From positions 657,873-721,872 of the forward strand of contig NMRA01000145.1 of NCBI GenBank assembly GCA_002633005.1: a stretch of DNA of 64,000 nt, read 5' to 3'. Below, piece by piece: positions 51,842 through 63,759 of the stretch. Positions within the stretch are counted from its first letter, which is position 1, and the number at the start of each line of letters is the position of its first letter. Made by a program: the position numbers and the translations under genes. Below the pieces are notes generated by a model. That model worked only from the letters and a program-made list of their open reading frames with translations. It did not search any database and had not been told where the DNA came from. Source of the DNA: Phoronis australis (taxonomy: Eukaryota; Animalia; Phoronida).

Positions 51842-52945
51842 GGCACAGGACAGTTCTCATTGGATTTTGTCCAGCAAAGCACACGTTACTTGATTTGTCA
51901 CCTTTTCTTCACTCTGTTGAACTTAAACAGGATGCAGAGAATGACACGTTTTCAGTCATTTCACATAAAAAGTCCTACAGATGAGCACAGAAAATTTATT
52001 CTCTCTTGTATTTTTAACCCTTTTACTCCCACTGCAAACCAAGCTAGACTAAGAAAAATAGGGGCAAGAAATGCAAAATCGGCACATTTCATACCAAAAA
52101 CACCACTTCCCTGCCGATGCACGACTAAAGCCAACATTAGATTCTGAAAGCAACTTTCCTACCGATTCCGAAAATGTGGTCCAAAAGTACTGTCAACCAA
52201 CTTGTTTTTGACAAATCTGGCTTGTGTGAGGGCTATCTGAAATCGCAGCCAATTTCTCAGTAGCTACCCAGCAATGCACAATTGGGGGCACAGAACAGTT
52301 CTCACAGGGGTTTGCCTGTCAGAACACACGTCAATGCACTCTTCACCCTTTCTTCACTTTGTCCAAAACTACATGCAAATAAGGAAATGTTTTGAGTCAT
52401 TTCACATCACAAGCCCTACAGATGAGCACAGAAACTTTATTCTCTCTTGTATTTTTGACCCATTCACTCCCAGTGGAAACCAAACCGAACTAAGAAAAAT
52501 GAGGGCAAAAAAATGCAAAATCGGCACTTTTCACCCCAAAATCACCACTTTCCTGCCGATGCTCGACTAAAGCCAACATTAGATTCCGAAAGCAAATTTC
52601 CTGCCGATTCCAAAAATGTGGTCCAAAAGTACTGTCAACCAACTAGTTTTTTTGCAAATCTGGCTTGTTTGAGGGCTACCTGAAATCGCGGCCAATTTCT
52701 CAGTTGCTACACAGCAATGCACAACTGCAACAGGGGGCCACCATCTTGAAGAAGAGTGCAGCTACAGCCGAGAAAGTGGCCTTTTTTATTCTCAGCATAT
52801 TCACAAATACAAACAAACCACATTCACTGAGCCTACATGCAATGCCTACCTACAAAATGCCCCCAAACTTGGCCTACCCCAAAATGTTAATGTCAATGCA
52901 AATTGGCCACGGCCGCAGCCTAACTGTTCAGTGCCACCTTAGCAG
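51842..52945. repeat. Tandem of a 445-bp unit (two copies plus extension)
   Basis: ggcacag(g/a)acagttctca at 51842 and 52287; similar throughout; third copy at 55635-56131. Confidence 0.85.
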
Positions 52946-53089
52946 TAAACATTTTAGTGGCCGTCATTTCATTACAATTAAGGTCCAAAGCGTACTCGTG
53001 AAACACACGCCATTCACACAGGTGGTTCTGCATTATCTTGCGAGATCTTATACTTTCGCAAGTGCTTCGTGTGATATGCTGCACTATAC

Positions 53090-53900
53090 CATGCGGGAAA
53101 ATATGTGCCGACTATGATGCACCCCCACAGGGAGCAGACATCCCACTCGAAGGAATATAATCCACTCCAGAATTCTCGGTCCCACGTTACTTGATAGCGT
53201 CAAAGCTGCAACGTACAAAAACTGACCCAGAGTTCTCATCCCTGTGTGAGTAAGTAGTACAAGGATGGCCTGATAATCCTAAACTAGTATCAAACTACAG
53301 ATGATCAGAAACCACTGGTAGATGTGACAATCCATACTCGTCGAGGACGGTGTGGTTTTCTTCGGAAAGCCAATGGTCTTAGCCAGAAAATTTCGTGTAG
53401 AAAATCTGGAAGGAATCCATTGTGGATACCTGTGACTTACTGAGTACCAGGTGCATGCCAAGAAGGGACTATATTGGCCCGGAATTGGACAATCACCATT
53501 CTAGGACTGCAAAGACTGTCTGCATGATGCTCGGTTTTCGATAAAGGAGATGCTCTCGCAAGAAGTTCCGAGATAGATATTGTCAGATAATCTCTTTAGG
53601 TTATCGGACATACTTATGTCTTGCTGGTTGATCACTAGTCACAGTCGAGTTCTGAAGTAACAATTTTTGCAAAGGATTTGTTCGCCGTTCATAAGGTTTG
53701 CGAGCAAAAATAGATGGACAACGGACCTAAGTAAACAAGCAGTGAGTTCACACTTTGCTGTGAATGGGACATTGAACATAATACTTTGACCAAGTTAAGA
53801 AATAGCATCATCTCTGTGAGAAGTCATCAAAAGCCAACATTACGCACGAAACAGCTTGTCCCAAACAATACCAGTTACTGACAGTCTTGTATAAACCAAC
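53090..53900 (+). mobile_element. Decayed Ty3/Gypsy LTR-retrotransposon pol (integrase) fragment
   Basis: Interrupted peptides GVVFFGKPMVLARKFRVENLEGIHCG, AKKGLYWPGI, TYVLLVDH and MDNGPK*TSSEF...WDIEH resemble integrase zinc-finger and core motifs (YWPG, VD, DNGP); boundaries approximate. Confidence 0.75.
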
Positions 53901-54374
53901 CTTGCAATACTAAGATTCTTTATTGTTTCTTTGGATTCAGATATGCAAGCTGTAGTGATTAACATTTTAGCAGACAGCAAATCTTTATCACGACCATAAC
54001 ATAACACTGTGAGGTAAAGAAAATTAAGGTTCAATTTAATGTTGAGATAGGAGGCTAAGTTTTGATTACGATTTTTTTAAAGTTAGAAAATGCAATTTTA
54101 AATGCTTACTCAGGTGTTGATACTTTCGTTCACGCAAATGCTTTAAACTAGGAGGGTCACATTAAAAAGGGGCTTTTCAATGAGGACAATTGAACACGAA
54201 TAGGTCTAAATCTTTGTTCGTTAGGTAATCTCTAAGTTGTCCACGATGTAGAGTAAACTTTTGCAAAGACCTGGCCTGGAGATATGGTCGAATCTCTTGC
54301 ACTAACCCCCGTATATACCCTAGTATACGATCACTACTCAATGTATCCATCAACACCGTCTTTGATACTTGACT

Positions 54375-54620
54375 CTACAGATGGATGAAAAAGACAGCCA
54401 AAAGCAACGCAGACAGCGAAACGTGCTCGCGGAAGCTTGAACCGCTCATCATTGAGCCTGATAAGGGTGCTCGGTTGTTGCACAAATCTCTGAAGCAGCA
54501 GGTCGTATGGATGCTGGTGCCGAAATATTCGGCGTTAGTTTCAGTGCACTCATCCGCAGCTGAGGTCCAGCATGAACGCGTCAGTGCGTCAGAGCCCCGT
54601 TCGGTTGTCACACGAGATGT
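54375..54620 (-). CDS. Ly6-like exon 3 (CCxxDLCN plus GPI signal)
   Basis: tttcag|TSRVTTERGSDALTRSCW...TTCCFRDLCNN...LLLAVFFIHL*. Confidence 0.9.
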   Translation of the reverse strand, partial: TSRVTTERGSDALTRSCWTSAADECTETNAEYFGTSIHTTCCFRDLCNNRAPLSGSMMSGSSFREHVSLSALLLAVFFIHL

Positions 54621-57600
54621 CTGAAAGCAGACGTAAATCACTGCATGGACGACAGCGGCAGAAGTTACGAGTTTAAAACAGTTTATAAATTACTTTCACC
54701 AATATTTTACAGAGAATTTTAGTGAGACATTTCCTTACCAACTATTATGTACGATTCAACATTTTTCACCAGAACGTATTTATAGAGTGGTCAAGAGCTC
54801 ACAATTCCGACACCGAAAACATGGCGACTGGTCAACCGGCTACTTTGTAATCGGTGAATACTTTTAAATAGAAGTCTAGGTTAGAGGTCTATGCTCATAG
54901 TAAAGGCTGCCTAACTGCCAAATTAGCAGTGGTCCGAACCATATACGAATCTCCAAAGTTCAGGAATATTTCTACATCACGCAGGACAATGTAGAAATTT
55001 GTACATAGCATAACAATGTAGAAATTTTCCTATGAAAGTTTAAAATCAATTGTATGTTTTATAAATAATAGCATTCAATGCTATGACAAGGGTATCGGAA
55101 CACCAAACTACGGAAATTTGTTTAAATCACGTTTTTATAACGCACTTGAGTTCTGCCATGTACCGTATTAGCAGTTTATAGTCTACTGTAATGATTGAGC
55201 TTCGCGTTTATAAAAACGTTTGAAAGGGTCCAAAAAACTTTCAAAAGAAAACAAAATATGCCAGCGTGGACAAAAACGCCTTCAAAAGGGGACATTCCCT
55301 TCTAGAGTCCCATTCCCTTTGCGCGCATTGAGCGTCGTCCTAGATTTGCGCTTGTTTAAAATAAGGCAGTACAATGGAAATTAAAGGAGAATGCCACCCG
55401 ATTTAAATTGTTTTTTATCGTCTTAATCAGTCTATATCCACATCGCCTCTCATACGGTCGACCTCACCTTGCCGAGAGGTGTCGCGTTAACCTGTGAGGA
55501 AGGTGAGAAACGACGCAGCGACCGACGTCAGTGGCTCGTCTGCAGAGTGAATGCCGCTATATTTCTGTGCACCGTTCCCGCTTGTCGGAACTATGAAGCT
55601 GCGAAGAACTATCTATACTTTCCGTTGCCTGTGCATGAGCACAGAAACTTTGTACTCTCTTGTATTTTTGACCCTTTCACTCCCAGTGTAAACCAAGCTG
55701 AATTAAGAAAAATAAGGGCAAAAAAATGCAAAATCGGCACTTTTCACCCTAAAATCACCACTTCCCTGCCGATGCTTGACTAAAGCCAACATTAGATTGC
55801 GATAGCAAATCAAATTTCCTACCGAATCCAAAAATGTGGTACAAAAGTACTGTCAACCAACTAGGTTTTTTGGAAATCTGGCTTGTTTAAGGGCTACCTG
55901 AAATCGCGGCCAATTTCTCAGTTGCTACATAGCAATGCACAATTGCAACAGGGGGCCACCATCTTGAAGAAGAGTACAGCTACAGCCGAGAAAGTGGCCT
56001 TTCTTCAATCTCAGCATGTTCACAAATACAAACAAACCACATTCACTGAGCCTACGTGCAATGACCACCTACAAAATGCCCCCAAACTTGGCCTACCCCA
56101 AAATTTTAATATCTTCAGTGCCACCTAAGCACAACAATACAATCTGGTTCTCTGATTGGTCAATTCAATACAAAAGCGCCACCAAGTGGCAGAAATGTGC
56201 ATAATATTTTGTGCAACAAAAATACCTTTTTTTAAAAAAATGTGCAAAGTACTCACAAGAATGAACGCTATAGAGATCTGGCCCACCGACTAATTCTCAT
56301 TCTAACCAATGCTTTATGAAACTGAAACAAAGTCTGTCTCATTAGATACAATTTGTAATGCCTTGGAGTGCTCGTGAGTGCAAATACTTTGAGAAGCCAG
56401 CAATGAATAAACCACTGCGTTACCGGCTTTTGATGCCGGCAAAAAAGGTAATTGACCGGGTACCGAGGCCGTGTGAGCGCATGCTAATCCAGTGCCTTTG
56501 TTGTTGTGAAACAATTACTCGATTTTATATTCTATGTTCACATGTTAGGGGAAACTTTATTTAGAACTATAAATACATTATTCAAATTATTGTTACTGTA
56601 CAACCTTTGCCCTGACGGTCTGTGGAAGGGGAACCCGACTTCGCGGCCCGCGACAAGTAAGTAGATTTTCAGTTTCGTGGCTAATTCACATAAATAATTA
56701 CGTGCACATTATTTCTTTGGCTCACTATTATAGTCTTTTCGTGACTGGAGGTTTAGTTTCCATCTCAAGCTGGTTTATGTTCGTGCCAGTCCCGGCGGCC
56801 GCGACGGGCCTGATCGGGTTCCGAGCCACTGGCCGGGATAACATTAAGCGTTTTTTGTGTTTGGAACTCAAAAAATCACAAGTATAAACAACACATATCT
56901 AGGTTCTCCTGTCTGTATTTCACGGAAGAATACTTCGAATTTATCCCCGAACAGACGCGAAACTCCTGCTACGGACCTTGGTAAATTGGCCTGCCGAACT
57001 TTGTAGGCTACGATGTGTCCAAATACCAGTAAATCCGTAAAAGCGAAATAAAACAACACGTTTTTATAAGAACTCGGTGTATTTTTAAGGGTTTTACATC
57101 AAAGTTTGATGATTTATTGGTGTTAAACGATGAATTCAAGCGATAAACTCTCACCACTAACCCGTGTTGTGAACTGCTGAACAGACTGCGTGTGAAACCA
57201 ATTACGTCATTGGATAATTTTAATACCTCCGTCTGCCGTCAGGTGTCAGGTATCGCAACCGAACGTGCCGTTATCGAGTAGAACTACTCGATCTAAATTG
57301 ATAAAAAATAGGTTGTTTTTTGGGTGGCATTCTCCTTTAAACACATTTTGCCGGTTGAGAGTGCAAACATGTTTCATTTTGACATGTTATTAAAATGACT
57401 TTGATTATACCACGCCCTTAAAGTTCGTAACAACTCTTACATTGTTGCACTATGGTGGAATTCCTACATTGTCCTTTTCCTTGGCAAATAATATATATAG
57501 TATACTGGTCGTAAGGTATTGTTTAACTTGCGAGAATCATGCGACGGGCGCTAACTGGTCGCATGATTATCATTTAGCGGACGTGTCGGTTGTTTACCTT

Positions 57601-60600
57601 TGTGATGTCTTTGTTGGATTTAGCAATACAGATCGCATATGGTTATAGTACCTTGTGCCTAGGAATCAGTACTGGTTCCTAGCTTTGGCGTACATCACAC
57701 AGTTACCGATAAATGCTTGTCATTATCATTACTATAACAACGGGAGACGTTAATCTTTCGATCTTTATGCGACCAGGCGACGTCCTGGTTTCGCGTAGCG
57801 CGATGCAGAAATATTCCTGTATCTTGCAGATTCTTACATGGTTCGGGAAACAACACCACGACGTCAACGAAAAATTCACCATGCTTCTGTATCTCGCACG
57901 CAAGAGGTCTTGTTTACCTAGTAGGCCTATCGCGAGCGAATAACTACGTTAAAAGTTCACACTTGCGCTTGATTAAAGTTGCATATGTCGAATTTTTTGG
58001 GTTTTTTGTAAATCAGGTACGTTTTGAACAGATTTTTGCTTCAAAGTGTAAAACGAGACTTGTGCATATTTGTTCTAAGTAGGCCCACGTACATAAACAC
58101 GTAGAATATACTTACCATGCACGCGCTGCAGTTACCAGTAACCTGAACGGACTGGGGCCATGTCCAGCAGTCGTCGCTTCTGTCGCTAGCGCTGCAAGTG
58201 TGGCAATTTAGCGCCGAACACGCACCTGAAGAAAAGGGATAGTGCAAAGTGGCGTTAGGGTAAGACCGGCACTGCGTTCCATGCGCGGAAGAATTTCGCG
58301 TGCTTCGCTTGTAGTGCATGAAGATTTCTCGAGGAGAAGTGATCTTGTGTTTTGCTAGTTTCTTGGGTCTACGTAATGCAGGCACGTAGAGTATTCAATT
58401 TTCAGAAGAAAAAAAATCACAAATCATCTTCTAAAAGTTGATGTGATAGTCCCAAATAATTATAGCAAAATAGCTAAGTGGTTGATTTCGTAAGCCTAAT
58501 GGGTAAAAACTGGTTTCGTGACCGGCTTCTTCTGATAAAGAATACGCACTTGTTCCAATACATGTAGTGGATTGTCCTTTGAAATCATTAAGTTGACCAC
58601 AACTCACTTCTTGCACGAGATGTGTTGTGTCCAAACTATAAATAACTGCGTAAGTTTGGAAAGCGCGCGCTTTCACGATTAGTTTGTTAAAATTGGTGCT
58701 AAAACGAGGCATTGTGTCCAAAACAACAACGCACGGCAATCATTTTTGCAGCGCCGCTAAAGTGTGCGAGGAATGAATGTACCGTCAATGGAAAGAAACT
58801 TATTTTGTGGTGTAAGCACCTAGACCTCACTGACTGAACGTAAAAACTGCGCTAAGTGCAAAAATATTTGAAATGGGAATCTTCCCTGTTTTGTAAATTC
58901 AATGCTTATTTATACGCGCAGTAAATCCTAGAGACACAGGAAATACAAGCTTAGAGAACTTTAATTGAAACCATTCCAAACCTGTTTTTATTTGAATGGA
59001 TGTGTATTGACGGCAGGATGCTGACCCTGGAACCGAAAACGTGGCTGACTTACCAAATTAATGGATTTATATTGTCTTAATCGGCATTTTAAACGAGTAG
59101 AAGTAGTAGATAGCACCGAAGACAGCAGCATTTGCCTGTTATTAATAATTACGGTATACGTAATCAATTATTCAGGGTTCAACAGGTTCTTAACGGTTCT
59201 TAATATGCAATAAACACGAAGACAAGTGTATGGTCTGCAGGATGTGTTGCTACTGGACATTGCCATCGAGCGACGCAACACTAGTACAATATACTCGGAG
59301 ACTGGTCTTCCAGTACAGTATACTCGGAGATTAGCCTGAAGAAGTGTGGTCGTGCGGCATCCAAGTGGTATTAAAAATAACTGGCAATATTCATGAGATG
59401 ATCTCTCTGTGCCTTTGTTGTGAGGGTCAGCCTTCGTTGCTAGTGACAATAGCGAAATTTTTGCGACAAGTCACGTGTCAGAAGAGATTAGGGTTATCGA
59501 GTAATTTTTCGGAACAGTCTTGCTTAATAGCATACCCTAGCAAAAAGGCGCTGCCGAAGTGGTTTGTCGGTGAGGGACATGGGATAGAATTCAATGTTTC
59601 CCTTCCACAAATGTAGTGATTTTGGTCTTTATTTCGACTCATTTTGAGACCTGCGTTCACCGACTAAAAACGCCGGCCTGCATCAATTTCAGCCGAAGCT
59701 TCGTGTGTCTTTTTTGACGAGCTGCAGAAACACAAGGATAATAGTTTGAAATTCCATGATTTGCTAAGCCATCAGAGCAAAGGAGAAAAAGAAACAAAAT
59801 CTACTATCAGGATTGCTTGTCTCAGTGGTATTTTCTGTTTTGAAAAAATGAGCAACTAAAAATACAGCACCGCCGATTCGATTTTCAAAAAAAAAAAAAC
59901 AGTTTTGGCGTCATGAGCTATTCCTGGACTCCACGTATTACTAGTTGTTTTCGAAGCAAATGCTGAGTGTGCCGCTGGATACATTTTTTAAATCAAACCG
60001 TTAATTTTAATTACAAACTTCACAGCTCGATATAACTGACACGTATTTCTTACAATTTCATATAGGGCCTACCCACAAAATGGGCGCGTGGCACTAATTA
60101 AATTAATACTCAGTACATCTGGTCCTGATTCCTCACTGAACAACGTATCCGGTTACGTCGAGCCCAGTAAATACGATGCTGTTCAAGGACCTTTGAACCA
60201 TTAGTCATAGCAGGAGTCATTAGCCAATGGTGCGCCAACGAATGCCGGGGAAAGCTACATGTACGAATGGCCAACAGCACTGAACTTCAATTTTTATGGA
60301 TTGCCAGTAAAAAAACAAAACACACAAATGGGTGCAAGTTTGTAAGATACGAAATATTCTGACTGGTATTTTAGTGATGTCCTAAACTGGTGAAAACAGA
60401 GGAAATTGTCACTTTAGCAATATTGCATGTGGACTCCGCACAGTGGTCTCTCGGACTTTTTATACGTCAACCAGTGTTCTATCGTTTCGTCAACAAGGAG
60501 TCAACAAGGACGGTCTTGCGCAAGCCTGTAGTGTCAATACATTCCTGAATAAAAGTGTGTCGTTGTTTTTGATTTCGAAGCTTCGTTGCAGTGTTTAGTA

Positions 60601-60950
60601 ATTAGATCAGCGAATAATCAGATGATTACTACAATCGAATGTGCACAGACTTGTGAAATTATGTTTAAAATTCGAATTCTGTGCTGTGTCAAAAGTAGCC
60701 CCTGAATTGTGTTAAGCAGCAAGTCGCGGCAAAGATACTATAAAATCTTTGGTCGCGGAATCAAAATGGCTGGTCAGTGTGAGGCCTAGACAGAAACCGG
60801 ATGTAAACTGCAAATACACATCTGAAGGCAGCTCTAAACTCCTGGATTGACGAAAATTGTGACAAAATTCAATCGAGCTGTATCATTGTTACAAAAAGGA
60901 TCAGTCTTACCTGCAAGAGCCATGAGACAGAAAATAGCTACAGTATTCAT
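54375..60950 (-). CDS. Ly6/uPAR (three-finger, LU domain) protein with signal peptide and probable GPI anchor; spliced gene model
   Basis: complement join(60950-60911,58225-58116,54620-54375) = 396 nt, 131 aa. Signal MNTVAIFCLMALAGACSA, 10 Cys from LNCHTC to CCFRDLCN, hydrophobic tail SLSALLLAVFFIHL*. Classic 3-exon Ly6 layout. Confidence 0.88.
55385..57336. mobile_element. Non-autonomous TTAA-targeting DNA transposon (Kolobok-like) in Ly6 intron 2
   Basis: TTAA|AGGAGAATGCCACCC...GGGTGGCATTCTCCT|TTAA: perfect 15-bp TIR with TTAA TSD; THAP-like fragment CTVPACRN...YFPLP at 55568-55630. Confidence 0.7.
55635..56131. repeat. Third copy of the 445-bp-unit repeat, nested in the TTAA element
   Basis: Closely matches about 52422-52945. 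Confidence 0.85.
58116..58225 (-). CDS. Ly6-like exon 2
   Basis: cttcag|GACSALNCHTCSASDRSDDCW...GNCSACM|gtaagt. Confidence 0.88.
60911..60950 (-). CDS. Ly6-like exon 1 (signal peptide)
   Basis: MNTVAIFCLMALA-G|gtaaga; phase 1 matches exon 2. Confidence 0.8.
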
Positions 60951-61159
60951 CTTTCTGCTCGTCGGATCTGATTTGGCTCAAAAGACTGTTTATTTATTCC
61001 CAGCTCACAACGCCACTTCGTGATCTCAATTCTTCGAACGGCTAACTGTTGCAGGATGGGCTTAATTTGACCGGGGTGAAATACTAGGTCAGGTTTGTGA
61101 GCCTTACTGAACAGTGCAACCTTTCCTCACATCGCAGATAATGAGCAAAAATATATTAT

Positions 61160-61593
61160 GAACCCCGTTGTATAACGAGAAATCCCGGACTAGAAAACAG
61201 ACTCACGCATCTTCAAAACAGCTAACCAGCCCGAAAAACACGAACCCTAACTTTTAAAAAGGAACCCCGGAGATCGGACAAGAAACCCAAACAATTTTTC
61301 AAATTTTCTGAGACCGTTATCGGTAGCCTCAAACTTTGTCAAAAACTCTCATATAGTAAAACAACATAAGACGACAACTATTTAAAGTAGGAGGATTTAT
61401 TTTTCACCAAACAATTAATGTTTGACAGAAAGTGTGGGCGGCCAGAATGGTGTTTCGGTCCCCGGATTTCCTGTTTGATACCTGGGGTTTGTTAAGTTAA
61501 AAGTCAGGGTTGGTGTTTTTCGGGCTGGTTAGCTGTTTTGAAGGTGCGCAAGTCTGTTTTCGACTCCGGGATATCTGTTTTATACCGGGGTTC
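61160..61593. mobile_element. Foldback MITE with about 125-bp inverted arms
   Basis: cttcaaaacagctaaccagcccgaaaaacac has its exact reverse complement near 61513-61543; GAACCCCG/CGGGGTTC termini. Confidence 0.8.
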
Positions 61594-61622
61594 CTCAGTT
61601 TCGATCATGGAACACTGCGTAT

Positions 61623-61876
61623 CATGCGCGCACCCAGCCTAGTAGGGCTCGAATTTTCCCGCGGTATGCGGACCTTTTACTGAATAATGAAATTAAAATG
61701 ACCCGCGAAAAAAATATGGGGCCACTAGGTACAGGCCTACTAATTGTGCATCCGCGACGGTCGAATTCCTGTGGACTTTGACTGAGGACTTTTGTCTCGT
61801 TTGCTCGGACTTTAGTTTCATTGACTGAGGCGGACCTTTAGTTTGCCAGGCTGACCGGGGCCAATGCGCGCCCATG
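61623..61876. mobile_element. MITE family B, degenerate
   Basis: Starts CATGCGCGCACCCAGCC and shares internal ggacttttgtctc and tgaggcggacc motifs; no clear TSD. Confidence 0.65.
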
Positions 61877-62540
61877 CCCAACGTCTTTACTGCGCGTGAT
61901 CAGAACAACTCCCCTTCCATTGGCAGCTCGATCCTCGCCATGTTGTAGTTCAGAATCATAAGAGCTGCTCTGGTTATGCAAAACTCACGGACATTTCGGA
62001 TAAGAAATTAGCGTTTATTGTACTGAGGGGGCCGGGCGTCGCAGGAAGGAGAGCTGCCTGACTCAAAGCCGCCCGGCGGGGTTATACAAAACTCATGGAC
62101 ATTTTAGAATTAGATTCAGTCAGATTACATCCAAAACATGCAATATTTCGAGACGAACAAAGCATGACATTATTTTGTAATATCGGGCATCTGACTGGCC
62201 TTGAGGCCTGCAGCCCGCTCCGGGCCGGGGCGCCGGGATCGACTGATACCGCATTTTTTCCTGCAATTTTTGAACGAACTCGCGAAATGTTGTCGATTTC
62301 CAAAATATGTTATTTGGCTGGTGAGCCGACTCGTGCAGTTTTCAGTTACATTGCCACAATGAATTAATTCTTAAAAATTGCCATGCCGGTCGGACCGCTG
62401 AAGTCGTGGCTTGCTGGCCCAGGCTGCGTGTTTAGCTCAAGCTACCGCCCCACCTAGCGGCACGCAGGGAACCAGCGAGAAGTCGTGAACGAGACGATCA
62501 CGCTACCTGGTGACAGGTGCTGAGCTCCATTTGTTGGGAC

Positions 62541-62702
62541 AGAAGATGGCGCTTCGTTGCTGAATGTAAAACGCATGCGCGGGACCATTGGTGTTAGCAA
62601 CGGCAATACTCCATTACTCGTAAAACGGTGCAAATCCTTTCAAGAGTTAAATTGAATTTTTTGTTCATTTACTAGGCAAGACGTTGCGGGGATAAGGTAA
62701 TT
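62541..62702 (+). promoter_or_regulatory. Probable DNAI2 promoter and non-coding first exon
   Basis: YY1-like AAGATGGCG (62543), NRF1-like ACGCATGCGC (62571), RFX X-box-like GTTAGCAACGGCAAT (62593), donor AAG|gtaatt at 62697. Confidence 0.55.
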
Positions 62703-63242
62703 GGAGGTAAATTGTATGTAAGATATGTGTATCTGGTTTTACTACCTCTATTTTTGTGCACTTTTTCGCGTGTACTGTAAACGTTCATGTGAAGAATACT
62801 GAACTTCTGTCCTGAGTGATGCATTTGTCGGCCATATCAGCAGATCAGGGGGTCACTCTGGCTAATCATTTTACATTATTCCTGACTACTGATGGAGGAA
62901 ATTTTCATTGTTCTACCTTCACTGTGTACCTGTATGATCACCTGGTTTATTCAATAGACGTGAAATTCACAAATCTTACATTTAATAATGCCACACTAGT
63001 GGCGCCACCAGGTGAAGATTGATTGTCGAATATACTGAATTGTTTAATTAATTAGAATAATGCAATCGGTCTTTGTAAATCGTTCCTTTTCCTGCTAAAA
63101 AGTACGCATTGATCGTATGCTTCAACACTGGCTATGCAACTAAGTTAAGATTGTGTATTATTTTGCATAATTTAGGCCAATTCATGTTCCACAAAGATTT
63201 TATTTATAGCCTTTTGACTTTGTCAAAATAATGCTAACATGC

Positions 63243-63319
63243 AGACTGGTTACTTGTCTATGGACTGGTTACTTGTCTGCGGACTAGTTACATGTCTACG
63301 TACTAGTTACTTGTTTACG
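63243..63319. repeat. 19-bp minisatellite x4 (GACTGGTTACTTGTCTAYG-like)
   Basis: Four contiguous imperfect units in the probable DNAI2 5'UTR intron. Confidence 0.85.
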
Positions 63320-63576
63320 GCTTTAACTGTGGTCATCACTTGCACATGGTCAGTTTTCAAGTCCAGTCGCAGTCTTGAACTTAGTGTAATGCTTTTCAGT
63401 ACTGATCAGAGACCATTCTAAATTTTTGTTATCATGAATTGTCTTAATAAATGTTTTTTCTCAAAATATCTCAAGTATCTTTTTAAACTAATGGGCATAA
63501 AGCAAAGTGTGAAAACGGATGGGAATAAATAATTCGCATGCATTTCGTATTTCAGTCATTAAGTGAAATTTCCACC

Positions 63577-63759
63577 ATGGAGATTGTATATGTATATACG
63601 AAGAAGAGGAGTGAGTTTGGTCGGCAATGCAACTTCTCCGATCGGCCTGCAGAGCTCCATGTGGACATATCCCCTGACAAAAGCCTGTTGGAGAACTTTG
63701 TTGAAAAGAATCCAGTGGATACTGGGATACAATGCGCTCAAGCTATGTCCGAACATGAG
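63577..63759 (+). CDS. DNAI2: Dynein axonemal intermediate chain 2, first coding exon (gene continues beyond the window)
   Basis: CCACCATGG Kozak; [31 protein letters not shown]...[19 protein letters not shown] is the characteristic DNAI2 N-terminus; acceptor ends at 63555, donor at 63760. Confidence 0.95.

Noticed and set aside
52665-53117. 150-aa ORF with a near copy at 55883
   Set aside because: Derived from the 445-bp repeat; frames break between copies
63243-63319. CRISPR-like periodicity
   Set aside because: Contiguous 19-bp units without spacers, eukaryotic context, no cas genes
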